Counted from the first letter of the stretch, positions 40,221 to 53,759 are shown. The stretch: 64,000 nucleotides of DNA from Eledone cirrhosa (GCA_964016885.1 OZ024745.1:97526001-97590000); one strand, 5' to 3'. Numbers and translations are program-made. Notes: generated by a model not told the origin, from the sequence alone.

Positions 40221-40363
40221 TACCGTATTTCCTGGTGTCGAAGAATCTACTTTTTTCCTAAAAGATTTTTTTTTTTTTGTCTTTTTGTTTTTTAAATTTT
40301 TGGTTGTCAAAATTAGGGTACGTCCTCGAGGGCGAAGCGTTTTCGGCGCCGGGAAATACGGTA
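40221..40363. mobile_element. pogo/Tigger-like MITE with TA target duplication
   Basis: TIR TA-CCGTATTTCCYGGYGYCGAA / TTCGGCGCCGGGAAATACGG-TA; the adjacent duplicate segment (40392-40430) lacks the insert. Confidence 0.85.
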
Positions 40364-40563
40364 GTTAACTGGCCATGCTACAACCACGGAGCTAAAGAAC
40401 AAGTCACACAATTTATATGTAGTGAACTAGAATAACGATGATGAAATTCTTGTTTAGCTCCAAGGACAGAAGCTCTGATTGAGACAGACGTTAAGATCAA
40501 ATATCTTCTAGAAGTGACAGACAGTTCTTTGGTTGTTTTTCTTTTTCTTTTCTTCTTGTTTCT

Positions 40564-40890
40564 TATTCTCGGGTCTCAAATAATGGACGGTAGGAATAAG
40601 CGGGGGAGGGGCGATCGGTAATTTTTCTAGATTGTCTCCGTTGATTTCTTAAAAACTAGAATTAGCCGTTCAGTTTACATACCCCAACCAACTCATCCTA
40701 TTTATTTTATAACGCATGGGATTTCTAATAATGCACGTTTTTTGTCGGGTATATTTTTAATGTATAAAGAAAATTAAAATAAAATTTCACTGGAGATAGA
40801 TTAGGAAAGTTTAATAAGCGGTAAGAGTGGGGGTGAAAAGAAATGAAAAATGAATGGGAGGGGGGAGGCATTGTTCGAGACCCGAGAGTA
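40564..40890. mobile_element. MITE with TIR TCTCGGGTCTCAAATAATG
   Basis: Matching inverted end CATTGTTCGAGACCCGAGAGTA. Confidence 0.65.
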
Positions 40891-41360
40891 TATATATATA
40901 TAGTTTACATCTATGACTACGACAACGAATGTGTTCATTTTAAAGCGGGTAGATCAAGATTAAATAATGGTTTCAACTTATGTAAATAATGGTTTCAACT
41001 TATGTAGAGTATATAAGTGATTAAAAAACTCGAGTAGGTATAGTAATAAAACATGTAACTTGAGCAAACAACACACACTGCTTATTATATTTCGCTAATC
41101 TATCTCCGGCGAAATTTTATTGTAAGTAATTCATATTGATACAGCTGTTGGAGTATCTAATAATTTTATTTTATATTAAAAAAAACATTATATATGACAA
41201 AAAACATTACAAAAATGAACATTACAAGAAATCCAATATTTACGAGCGTACACTATACAATTACCGATTCCCATCCAGCTTATGAGAATTTAAGCAAATA
41301 TCCAACCTCCACACCCTATTATTTGGGACCCGATAGTAAATGAATGTATTTGGTTGGTAA

Positions 41361-41552
41361 ATTAATTGTTTCTACTTTTGGCACAAGGTCAGCAATTACT
41401 CAGTGTATTACTGGTACTTTATTTTATCGACCCCGTAAGGATGAAAGGCAAAGTTAACCTCGACGGGATTTGAACTCAGAATGGCAAGGGCCATAACTCT
41501 ATGCGTCAAAGCATGGCGTCCGACCCTCTACCGATACTGCCAATCGACCGCA
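41361..41552 (-). mobile_element. SINE family 1 with 19-bp target-site duplication
   Basis: ATTTGGTTGGTAAATTAAT at 41348-41366 and 41553-41571. Confidence 0.9.
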
Positions 41553-41869
41553 ATTTGGTTGGTAAATTAATGTATATTCATATGTAACAGAGTAGAAGTT
41601 AAATGACTAGATGACTGTTGGTTTATTAGACACTGAGGTGATAGTCCAAGATAGCCACAGTGAATTTGAACTCAGAATGTAGGCATTTGGTCTGGCATTC
41701 TGTTGTTTACTCCATTTAATCCGGCACGCGACTGTTCACATGGAGTAAGATGACATCTGTGAGAGGGGTATCTGCAAAGGTCATGGACGCTATCACTCCA
41801 CATAGATATACGTTAGTGAAAACGTATGAAAAGAAAACGAATCATTTTATGTTGGAAAATAATTATGTG

Positions 41870-42380
41870 AGAGATCAGTAGCTCCACTTGATTACTGACT
41901 CGGTCTGTGGTGAACCTTGCTAGAACGGAGAACAGTCCAACCCTTGCTAGAAGGGAGAACAGTTCACCCTTACTAGAAGGGGAAACAATCCAATCCTTGC
42001 TAGAAGGGAGAACAGTCCAGCCCATGCTAGAAGGGAGAACAGTCCAGCCCATGCTAGAAGGGAGAACATACTTAAATGATGATGATTATGATGGTGGTGA
42101 ACCACACGGACAATATATAAGCGAGATGTAGGCCCTCAACCTATCTGAAAGGTCTGTGGCTCCACTTGAGTACTGACTCAGTCTGTGAAGACAAGTCCAG
42201 CCTTGGCTAGAAGGGAGAGCAGACGTTAAATGAAGATGATGGTGGTTGACCACAGGAACATATATATAAGCGAGATGTAGGCCCTCGGCTTATCTGAGAG
42301 GTCAGAATCTCCACTTGAGTGCTGAGTTAGTCTGTGAAGACCCATCCAACCTTTACTAGCAAGGAAGATGGACGTTAAAT
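41870..42380 (+). repeat. three tandem ~120-bp modules ending in an RTE-type tail; the first has a 27-bp internal expansion
   Basis: GCTCCACTTGAGTACTGACTCAGTCTGTG..CTAGAAGGGAGA..ACGTTAAATGATG x3. Confidence 0.75.
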
Positions 42381-42760
42381 AATTGTTTCTACTTTTGGCA
42401 CAAGGCCAGCAATTATACCAGTGTATTACTGGTACTTTATTTTATCGACCCCGTAAGGATGAAAGGCAAAGTTAACCTCGGCGGGATTTGAACTCGGGCC
42501 ATAACTATGCTGGAAAGCATAGCATCCGACCCTCTACTGATACTGCCAATTCACCGCCCAAGAGCTCAGTAAATAATTGTTTCTACTTTTGGCACAAGGC
42601 CAGCAATTACCCAGTGCATTACTGGTACTTTATTTTATCGACCCCGTAAGGATGAAAGGCAAAGTTAACCTCGGCGGGATTTGAACTCAGAATGGCAAGG
42701 ACCGTAACTCTATGCGTCACAGCATGGCGTCCAACCCTCTACCGATACTGCCAATCCACC
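42378..42760 (-). mobile_element. two tandem SINE family 1 copies
   Basis: Consensus matches at 42378-42560 and 42571-42760. Confidence 0.9.
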
Positions 42761-42917
42761 TTGTATTTCTGAATCCTAGAGTAAAGAACCATGAATTGAC
42801 TAGACATCGATTGTGTGAACTTAGCCACAATTTCACAAATGCAAAACCATTTGCAAAAGACAAATGAAACCTTGAAAAATTGTCACTCTTGTAGCTAGAG
42901 ATAAATAACCATTTACG

Positions 42918-43283
42918 TTAATCCTTTAGCGTTTACATTACTCTATACTATTGTATTTTTGTGGTAAAAACTTTACCTCACATAATATCGAATAGATGAG
43001 ATTTTTATGTTATTTATTTTGAGAACAATACCTTAACATAAAGTTTAACCCTCTTGGTACTAAGCTTCCTGAAACTGCCCTTCATTCTATGATAATAAGC
43101 TGTTTATTTTTAATGTATTTATTTTATCTAAAAAAAAAACCCCCCAAGATTTTATATATGAACCTTTGTTAACCCTTTAGCATTTACATTACTTTATATA
43201 TACTATTGTATTTTCACATAATATTGAATCTACAAGATTTTGATATTATCTATTTTGAGAACGTTTAAATGCTAACGGGTTAA
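42918..43283. mobile_element. nest of piggyBac-type MITE A/B fragments
   Basis: TTAA-CC starts near 42918, 43046 and 43169; internally deleted A copy ending TAAATGCTAACGGGTTAA. Confidence 0.7.
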
Positions 43284-44059
43284 CTCAACAAATATTTGTT
43301 TCACAAATGTAAAACCTATTGAAAAGACAACTAACTGAAGCTGTGAGTTTCACTTGTATATATATTACATTCAATAATTGAATAGCTGCAGTGACTACAT
43401 CCGAGACATTTGGCAGGATATAGATTACATGAGAGTTACTTGAGTATAAACTACATAATAACTTTGATAAGACAGCTGTTGCTACTAGTGTAGATAGACT
43501 AGGAATATGACATCAACTAAGTATACATGGAGAGATAGAGACTTGAAATAAATGTTACTTTGATAAATATAAGTTAGGTAGGTAGATAGGAATACTAGCT
43601 ACTTGAGTGGTATAGTAATTAGTAATTAATACAAGTAAAACCTAGAAGTATATAGTAATAATTTATTTAGTATATCTAAATACTTAGGATATAGCACGTA
43701 CAGAAATTAGCCCTTCATTACCATATTTCTAATAAAATACACAGCCCTATGATTTTCATATAATTTTTTTAAATAATGAAAGATTTGGACTGATTTGTTT
43801 TAGTGATTAAAATTTACGTTACTAAGCTGGTTTTTGGAACATAAAGGTTCTTATACAAAATTATGGTAGAAGATTTTTAGATAAATATAAAGTTTAAACA
43901 AATATTTTTTGTATTGTGGAAACAAGGCCGATTTGGTATTGAAAAGGTTTAATAATACTTGGGTAGAACATGCCAGCTCTTATGTCAAGCACGGTGTCAA
44001 AACTAGAGGTAGGTAGCTAGCTACAGTAACGATTGGATAGAAGATTTATGATATGTGCG

Positions 44060-44490
44060 TCTATATGATATCTCATTGGATAGTTATGGTAGAAGAGTTA
44101 TATAAGTGTATTAATATGATACACTACCATATCTCATTGGATAGTAATGACATGAATCTAGAAACATATGATACACTACCATATCTCATTGGATAGTAAT
44201 GGTAGAATACTTATGACATGAATCTAGAAACATATGATACACTACCATATCTCATTGGATAGTAATGGTAGAATAGTTATGACATGAATCTAGAAACATA
44301 TGATACAGTACTATATCTCATTGGATAGTTATGGTAGAAAAGTGTAGCTATGTGATCACATTGGAAAGTTATGATATAAGTTTAGTCATGATATACTACC
44401 ATATCTCATTGGAAAATTATGTAGAAGAGTTATGATATAAGTGTAGCCACATGATATACTGTCATATATCATTGGATAGTTATGACATGA
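44060..44490. repeat. ~45-65 bp degenerate minisatellite
   Basis: Recurrent ATGATACACTACCATATCTCATTGGATAGTAATGGTAGAA. Confidence 0.85.
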
Positions 44491-44663
44491 AGGTAGCCAT
44501 ACGAGGTGCTTCAGTGTATGGTTAGTTTCAATATAAATAGAGGACACAAAGACATGGAAACAACCAGAAACTGGTGTAACAGAAGCGATACTCTATATTT
44601 AGCCAACAGCCTGCAAAAACACACTAATACGTGATACTATTTATTAACTTATATCTGTTTTAA

Positions 44664-44871
44664 CCCATTAGCATTTAAATCGGCCATATCCGGCCAGAAT
44701 TCTCTCACCTCTTTCTGTTCAAACCAACCATAACTGGTTGCTCATACTTATGTTAAGGTATTGTTCTCAAAATAAATAATATCAAAATCTTGTAGATTCG
44801 ATATTATATGAGATAAAGTGTTTACTGTGAAAATACAATAGTAAATATAGAGTAATGTAAATGCTAAAGGG
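44664..44871 (-). mobile_element. piggyBac-type MITE A, complete
   Basis: TTAA|CCCATTAGCATTTA..TAAATGCTAAAGGG|TTAA. Confidence 0.9.
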
Positions 44872-45206
44872 TTAAGGTCTTGGCAGTACTAATTCACAGA
44901 ATTATTTCAATTCCAAATTGAAAATTGTTCGTTTTACATACGACATTTATTGCCCTTTGATAGAATATAAAAGTTATTTCCTAATTCTGTCTCAACAAAA
45001 TTCTCAATATAATTACTGTTACTATACATAGAACGTGGCATTTCCATGTTATATATCAATATCTAGCACACTCTATGTCTCTATCTATCTTTTTCATCAT
45101 ATGTATGTGGTATGTGCTTTTAGAAATTCAAACCTGAAATAAGTACTCAATACATGAATCAATGATTCACTTCATAAGTACAAGCTGATCAGTCAGGCTA
45201 TCTCGG

Positions 45207-45258
<52 letters not shown>

Positions 45259-45383
45259 CAAGGAAGGCGCACATGAAGAACTTTGACATTTCAACATTTC
45301 ACTCTAGAGGAAAAAGAATGTTTCAACGTCTGTGTGTTATATACATATCTATTACATTATGAGCACACACGAGTGTGTGTGTG

Positions 45384-45471
<88 letters not shown>

Positions 45472-46193
45472 GAGAGAGAGAGAGAAGAGAGAGAGAGAAA
45501 GAGAGAGAGATTAAGCAAGATACTTCATTTCATGTTGCGTTTCATGATAGGACTAGGGCCCTAATTAAAACACCAATGCAATGATAACTACCCACAGGAT
45601 GGCTATTTCATAAGAGGTCAGCTAAACCTACATAGGTGTGAGCAGTAGATTTCATTATTTTCTTCTTTTTATTTCAATCGATTAACAAATGTATTTATTG
45701 GAAATTTCCCTGCCACCGTTTAACTAGGTGCTCAGAGAATATATATATATATATATATATATATAAACGGAAAAAATGAAACGAAATTTCATTTCCCACT
45801 CTTAGTACGGCTGTTACTTAAATATAAGTATGTACACCTACATATATATATATACAGGCGTACAGTAGTATGTATATATATATACATACATGCACACATA
45901 TATATATGTACGTATGGATTCACCGAACATTTATTATAATGCTCGGTGTGTTTGTAAACAAACATCTCGTATTAAGCCGTAGTGTCCAGCAACCATCGTT
46001 GCTCGTTTGTTCAACACTGACAAAGGAACGCTGTACTAGTTTAATATATATACTTAGGGTTGAGCTCTTGCCATCTAGTCCGGACTCTTTATAATATAGC
46101 CTTACTCTACAACCTTAAGTATCGAATTCTATCCTGATGTGTGTGTGTGTGAGTAACTGAGGATTTTTTTCCGTTATCTATGTCTTGTTTTGA

Positions 46194-46280
<87 letters not shown>

Positions 46281-46283
<3 letters not shown>

Positions 46284-46621
46284 AGGCACATGGCTTAGTG
46301 GTTAGAGCATTGGCCTTGCAATCGAAAGGTTGTGAGTTCAATTCTCAGACCGGGTTATGTGCTGTTTCCTTGAGCAAGACACTTTATTTCACATTGCTCC
46401 AGTTTACTCAGCTGTAGAAATGAGATGATAGGGACTGGGGTCCATATCATTCCACTGCAAAGTGGTCGTGGAAGTGCCACGGCAAAAAGCACCCAGCACT
46501 CACTGTAAATGAGGTTGGTGTTAGGAAGGGCATCCAGCTGTAGAAATCAAGCCAGCATCAGTTTCCGTCCCACCCTTGCAAGCAGGAAAAAAGCGGACGT
46601 AAAATGAAATGATGATGATGA
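46281..46621 (+). mobile_element. SINE family 2, full length, within (TA)n
   Basis: Near-identical to 16912-17260; TA repeats on both sides. Confidence 0.9.
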
Positions 46622-46644
46622 TATATATATATATATATATATAT

Positions 46645-46893
46645 GCAGAGGTTATATTTAATTTGTTGGGATTCAACAAGCTTAAAAATTTGTATAACTG
46701 AAATAAAGCACTCAACAAGTTAGTGGAGTAAATACACAATATATTAATAAATAGAAACTATATTTATAAAACCATATTTATTTTATTATACATATTTCAA
46801 GGGCAACCAAGGCAAATTATGGTGCGCTTTCATCAGATAAAATACAGATTTGTTTTATAAATAAATATTGACATACCCGGAAAAAAGACAACC
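46645..46893 (-). mobile_element. hammerhead-bearing short repeat (Penelope pLTR/retrozyme-like)
   Basis: Homologous over ~240 bp to 55846-56088; 3' end runs into (TA)n. Confidence 0.75.
46779..46844 (-). ncRNA. type I hammerhead ribozyme, intact core
   Basis: TATTTTAT-CTGATGA-aagcgcacca taatttgcct tggttgccctt-GAA-ATATGTAT-A-ATAAAATA. Confidence 0.8.
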
Positions 46894-47310
46894 GTATATG
46901 TATGTACGTATACATACTTATATTTAAGTAACAGCCGTACTAAGAGTGAGAAATGAAATTTCGTTTCATTTTTTCCGTTTATATATAGATAGATTTCTTT
47001 ATTAGCCACAAGGGCGCAACAAGAAAGGGGACAATACAAAGACATGCCGGGGATTTTACATACAGTCGTGTAAAAAAATATAAAATTTGTTTTATAAATA
47101 AATATTGACATACCCGGAAAAAAGACAACCGTATATGTATGTACGTATACATACTTATATTTAAGTAACAGCCGTACTAAGAGTGAGAAATGAAATTTCG
47201 TTTCATTTTTTCCGTTTATATATAGATAGATAGATAAGTAACAGCCGTACTAAGAGTGAGAAATGAAATTTCGTTTCATTTTTTCCGTTTATATATATAT
47301 AGATAGATAT
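46845..47310. repeat. local tandem triplication (46845-46995, 47083-47235, partial 47236-47310) with an inverted copy at 45763-45835
   Basis: TAAGTAACAGCCGTACTAAGAGTGAGAAATGAAATTTCGTTTCATTTTTTCCGTTTATA occurs three times, plus once as a near-exact reverse complement. Confidence 0.9.
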
Positions 47311-47312
47311 AC

Positions 47313-47544
47313 TGTTGACAAATTTTAAGGCATAAATTTTATGTTGCTCAACATAAGCCTGCTCAGTCTCGTTCTAAATTTTGAAGCCTCTGGAATATTT
47401 ACATCTCAAATGATATCTAGTTTTTTTATATACACACACAGGGTGTCCCCAAAAAATGAATCCTCACTTTGATTATCTGTCCGAGCACTATTTATTAGAA
47501 TGCTGTTGAAGTGTGTATATATTTTTGAGGAGACACCCTGTATA

Positions 47545-47626
<82 letters not shown>

Positions 47627-47637
47627 TGCGTGCGTGC

Positions 47638-47681
<44 letters not shown>

Positions 47682-47856
47682 TGTAAATATTCTAGAAACA
47701 TCAAAATCTAGGACGAGACTGAACAGGCCTAAGCAACATAAGATTTATTCCTCAAAATTTGTCAACATTTGTCAACATGAATTCACAATATATTGTGGTA
47801 GTTTCTGGGATATTTACATCTCAATATTACATACCTAATTTTTTGAAACCCTGTAT
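47313..47856. mobile_element. Tc1/mariner-type MITE fragments: ~90-bp inverted pair (47313-47405 / 47680-47768) around a mini-MITE (47438-47542) and (GT)n
   Basis: TGTTGACAAATTTT..GAATATTTACATC versus its diverged reverse complement; CAGGGTGTC/CACCCTG-TA termini. Confidence 0.65.
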
Positions 47857-48039
47857 ATATATTATATTATATTTTATTTTCCTCATAAATATACACAATA
47901 CACATTTAGTAGAGGATTCGATAAAGTGAACATGCCTTAATGCACGTTGTGCACCAAAGTATATTGTTATTGTTGATAGCGTGCTGTTTACAAAGTGGAA
48001 AACTAGATTTAATGCTTCAGCTTTTGTCGTGCTACCAGC

Positions 48040-48360
48040 TGTGGCAGTAGTAGTGGTAACGGTAGTAGTAATAATAGTAGTGGTGGTGGTGGTGGTGGTA
48101 AGGGTAGTAGTAACAGTGGTGGTAGTAGAAATAGTAGTGGTGGTGGTGGTAGTAAGGGTAGTAGTAACAGTGGTGGTAGTAGAAATGGTGGTAGTAGTAG
48201 AAGTGGTGGTAGTAGTAGCGGTTGTAGTAGTAATAATAGTGGTGGTGGTGGTAGTAGTAATAATAGAGGTGGTGTTAGTAGTAGTAGTAGTAGTAATGGT
48301 GGTGGTAGTAGTAGTAGTAACAGTGTTGGTGGTGGTGGTAATAATGGTAGGAGGTTTGGT
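48040..48360. repeat. (GTA/GTG)n microsatellite
   Basis: Direct inspection; source of the 198/156/151-aa ORFs. Confidence 0.95.
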
Positions 48361-48788
48361 CGAAGAAGAAAAACAACAACAAAGAGCCAATGTAGGATTT
48401 TCGCTCCATCCCACACCCGCCACTGCTTTACTTGGCTGTTCGACCTACTAGAAATAATAACCACATCTCGCTCTAATCACACACCAGTTTTCAAAATACA
48501 AGGAGGGCAGAGATAATGAACAACCAGATTCTCTTCCCTTCCATCAAAAATTTAAAAAAAGCTATCACCATGGCTGGAATACCTGTGGTCACAGCCCGAC
48601 CACATAATCAACATATTGTTATTATATTATTTTGCTTATTCTAACACTTATATATTCGTATGAGGTTAACTTTGCCTTTCATCCTTAGGGGGTCAATAAA
48701 ATAAAGTACCAGTAATGTACTGGGTATTTGCTGGCCTTGTGCCAAAAGTAGAAACAATTATATATATACACACAAGTATATAAATATG

Positions 48789-48832
<44 letters not shown>

Positions 48833-49859
48833 AATATGAATATACACCCACATACACATTACTTTATTACGTGTTCCAGCCGAGAGTTTGAGACCATGCT
48901 GGGGCACCGCAATAAATATATATATATACACAATACATAAACAGAGAAAGCCTTAAGCGATACTCCGACCAACTCCATCTCACTCAACAAACATTAGGAT
49001 ATACTTAAGTATTATCCTAATTTAGTGTTTGGGGTGCTAACTAATCAGTATTTCGTTGATAGCTGGTTGTATTATTTTATATGAGACATTATTAAATAAA
49101 TATCTTTCCTTCCAGACGGCCGCTTCGTTATAAGATTTCTACAATTTGGGATAAATAATTTCCAGGTTATGTAGAAACTTATATATAATCCTTAGTTTTA
49201 TACACAAGCGGGCTCTTATAAACTCATCGGTGGATGCCCAAATAATATCGATATAAGAATTATATCGACATTAATAGAATGGTGATGGTCTCCCTCAGCG
49301 CTAAGAGACTGTTAGATTAAAAAATCCAGCAGTCCTCACCTCCTTCGTTATATATATATATATATATATATAACGAACCAGAGTACTCAATACTTAGGGT
49401 AGTAGAGTGGGTAATAGGAAATAACCGTCGAAACGGCTTGAGCTCTGCCGTTGAGCTCTGCCGTCGGGGTCTAACATTTCCCCACATATATATTATATAT
49501 ATATACAGTATTTACGTATCGAGAGAGAGAAAAAAAAGGGGTGGATAGGTGATACATATAGTTATTTGCCAAGTAGCGTATGCCAAAGGTGCTCGATACT
49601 AGTGCCGGCATATATATATATATATATATACACACACACGTATATATATTATGAAGAAAAGCAATGCCGGTAGTAGTGCGTTGGTTGGTGGTGAGAGGTG
49701 GTATCAACTGGTAGTGTCTATTAATAGTACTGGAAGGTATAGCAACAGAGTAGAGACGGAATGAATGACTAGTCACGGTGGTGGAGGAGGAGAAGGGGAA
49801 AGTTGTAGTATTTATGATGGCGGTGAAACATAAATAAGCACAGATTATTGTCATGTTTA

Positions 49860-50670
49860 TGGCTGCTGCTGTTTAGATAGACCCAAAATCAGCCCTTCCA
49901 TTAGGCACACTGTTCTAACGGTGACCACATTGTCATTTAATTTATTTATTTCAGGCACAGCGTATCTCTAGAGCAGTCTTTTGATGAGTCTTAAGAGAGT
50001 ATAGATGAGGTAGACTCGGTTACTATTTCTAGCAGATCGAGAAGCCACATATGATCCTTCACTTGCTTGTTATCGGATGTTTTCAGTGATTGTGATCATG
50101 TTATTTAGCCCGATTACAATCCTGATCGAGCATACCGGTGATCAGACATTCCAATCGTGACCAACCTATATTTCATTCAGATATGATGTATTTATGACTA
50201 TATCCAATAAAACCTATCTTTTTTTTTAAAAATATAATAGAGTGCAATTTGACCGCTATTTCTAGCAGATTTATTTGTAGTCATGTTATTTAGCTCCATG
50301 TCAACTCTGATGCTCAGTAACCATCCTGTTGTTTATTTGACAATGTATTTTCAATTAAATGTAGTTTTAAGATGTACCAGTATGAGGTATATTTGGCTGT
50401 TATCTGTCAAGTCGAAAAAAAAACCCCGCAAAAGGCAACCAGTTAGATTAATTTTGCGATGAAATGTATACTGGCAGTGATTAATGAATGGTGTTATTGT
50501 TGTTTAGCCCTAGGTCAACCCTGGTCGTGCTGATCTAGATCAAAGACATTCCAACTATGAAAAACAACACTTTATTTCATGCAAAGTGTTTGGGTTTTTT
50601 TTAAACTTTGTGATTTGAGAGAAATTTGACTGCTATTTCTAGCAAATTAAACGATCATATTGAGACTGTT
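49860..50670. repeat. 4-5 diverged tandem copies of an old ~190-bp interspersed repeat (also near 32570, 37960, 40450 and 57990-58205 reverse)
   Basis: Recurrent GTTGTTTAGCCC..GATCAAAGACATTCCA..TTTGRCTGCTATTTCTAGCAG. Confidence 0.7.
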
Positions 50671-52375
50671 TCTTTGCTTGGAATAGTAATGATGTTGGTG
50701 ATGCTGGCGGAAGCAGTGGTAGCGCAGCAGTAATTCCAATTGTAAACACGAGGTTTTCCGTTTTTCCTTCTTCCATGTGTAGTTGCTTGACGTGTTCGAT
50801 GTAGCATTCTTAATCTTCTTTTTAAATGAGGACCACATGTGTTAAGCTATGAAGCTTAAAACAGCATGCCTCACAATTAACACTACTGGTTAGAATATTG
50901 ACCGAACAAAATCTTCGGCTGCCTATTTCCGCACCAGCTGGCCTAGTTTTACTGAACAACACAAACTACCAAAAATTAAATAAATTAATGAATGAATAGC
51001 ATGTTAGACAGATTCTTCCCTTGCTAAATATATTTGGTTTATTATAAATTGCTCGACGCAGTAAAAACAAGTATTTGGAAGTCTTTGGGTTGGAGCCATT
51101 ATATTTGACATACTTCAATCATTAACATTTTTAAGAGAGTATAGAATTATGGTATCATATTACCGTTCTTCTTTAAAAAAAATCCTAGGAAATTATTTAT
51201 ACAACGATAGGCTTTATTTACATCCGGTTGCCCGGCAAGATGGCTGGTTAACACTTCTTATTTCAAATGATTTTGGAATGAGCACTTTTATAACGTGTAT
51301 TTATATATTTTGTGTCACGCAGAGAGATAACTATTACTTCTAGAATTATCTCACTTCAGCACTATAAACACACCTATACAATATATATAGGGGTATGAAA
51401 GAGGGAAGTGTAACGATCGACAAGAAAAGAAAGAGAACGCTCAATGTCCTGTGGTAGAGCAAATATTTATTAAACATATATGATATTAGGGCACTAATGG
51501 TTTCGCAATAAGCTGGTGTTGTCGAGCTTATATACAAAGAGTAAGCATGTATATATATTCGGATAGCAAGTTTCAGACAGGAGGCTCTATGATGGAACTG
51601 AAGCAGAACCATGCCATGCTACTCACAATAGTAGCAATTAATAGTAGATCTCAATGTCTTGCCATCCGAGCAGAATATGCTTCGCTGACGGGCTTTAATA
51701 CGACCGAAACTTGACCGTTGCATTCCTCAGTAACCGTTAAAGACAAGATCCATGTCGCTGTGCATTGTCAATAGTTACGTTTGGTTCATATTGTAGTTAT
51801 CTCCCTTGCTTATTGTTTTTAGATTTTAGTATTTGTCGACTAATTATTGATAATGAGTCGATCAAAGTTTTTCAACTCATTATTATTACATATACAAGAT
51901 GATACTTTGAATGTAAAAGCAGTTAGTCGAATACAAGTATTAACTTCCTGTGTGTATAATAAATAAACAAGAGCAAACATGCTTTAAAGATGAACGGAAA
52001 TATAATCACATTTTATTTAAATACTGCAAGAGAAAGAACATTGAAATAATAGTTTAACTGATTAAATAAATACTTTAAGTCGTTTATTAACTGACAGTGA
52101 CCAAATTTCTTCAATAATGTGAAAACCAATCACGATATATTCCAAATTTTAAATATCAAGAATGTTGTAACTTTGTTTCTCCTGTGAGGACACCACCACT
52201 ACATTCGTCTAAAGACTCCTCTTATATACAATATGTCTATGAAGAAATATTATTTAAAATATTTGAAAAGGTTGGTTAAGCTTTAGATTTAGGAAATTTA
52301 ACATCAGAAGTTTTATTGAACGCATAAGACTGAGATATATTTATTAGGCCATGTTTTTTTATTTCTATATTGAGA

Positions 52376-52439
<64 letters not shown>

Positions 52440-53252
52440 AGGGGTAGACAGCAGTATGTAGAGAAGTGGCATGGACTTTGCAGAAAGAGAAATGAATAGA
52501 GGAAGAAATATAGAGTTGTGAGACAGATAGAGATAGAGTAGGATGATCAGGCAGACGACAAATGAGAAACAGTGGTTGAGAACAAAATCAGATAGAAATG
52601 GTGAAAGAAAGAACAAAAACTAATAGAGAGGGATAAAGAGAGAGACACATATAAGAGAGTGAGAAGGAAGAGAGAGAAAGAGAGGAGGGGGAGATGAAAC
52701 TGTAGTATGTCAGCGACAAGTGTTTCTTAGAGAGATAGAAAAAAAAAGAGGCAGAAATAATAAAAGCATCAATAAAGAGAAAAAGGTCATTGAAAGTTCA
52801 GTATGTTGAAGAGGATGAGGCGAAGGAAGGGCCGCCTCCACCTCCTTCTATTCTATCACTACTTCCTTAAACATTGACACATCTCTGTCAATATCTTTCA
52901 ATCTTTCTCTCACTCCACATTTTATTTCTTCTATTTTCCTTTCTTTTATCATTTATTTGTCTCCTTCCATAGTTTACGCCCCTTTCCTCTTCTACATCTG
53001 TTTTCAGCCATCTACATCTCCCCCTCCCCCCACACTCACACATATCGTTCTTTCCGTTCCTTCTCTAACATCAATATACTCCCCTTCCCATCATCCTGAA
53101 AGAGCTGCAGGTTCTCTAGTATGTATATAAAATAAACATAACACACACACACCTATGTATGTATACACATACACACACACGCATATAAATATATATATAT
53201 ATATACACAGGGTGTATATGTATGTATATGTATATATATATATATATATGTG

Positions 53253-53289
<37 letters not shown>

Positions 53290-53414
53290 ACACTTATTAG
53301 AATGCTGAAGTGTGTATACATATTTTGGGGACACTATATATATTTTTTCTCATTGTATGTATATCTAAACTATAATAAAGTACATATAATATATATATAT
53401 TGTATTCATTTATA

Positions 53415-53474
<60 letters not shown>

Positions 53475-53719
53475 AGAAAAAATATACATAGTGTGAGTAT
53501 ATATATTATGTATACACGCACACACACGTATGTATACTTTTCCCTCATTTTCTATCGAAACAGCTTAACCGTAGGGGAGAAAATCATATACATAGAGAGG
53601 GAGGGGGGAGATATTTGGTAAAGAATATCCAGAGTTAGGAGAGCACTCAATCTGTGGAAAGAGTCTATAAGTGTCATTATTCGTAGACATGTAGTGTATA
53701 TATATATATATATACACCC

Positions 53720-53759
<40 letters not shown>

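Noticed and set aside
47827-48464. Longest ORFs (198, 156, 151 aa; poly-T/V/L-P, mucin-like)
   Set aside because: Translations of a (GTA/GTG)n microsatellite, open in several frames on both strands.
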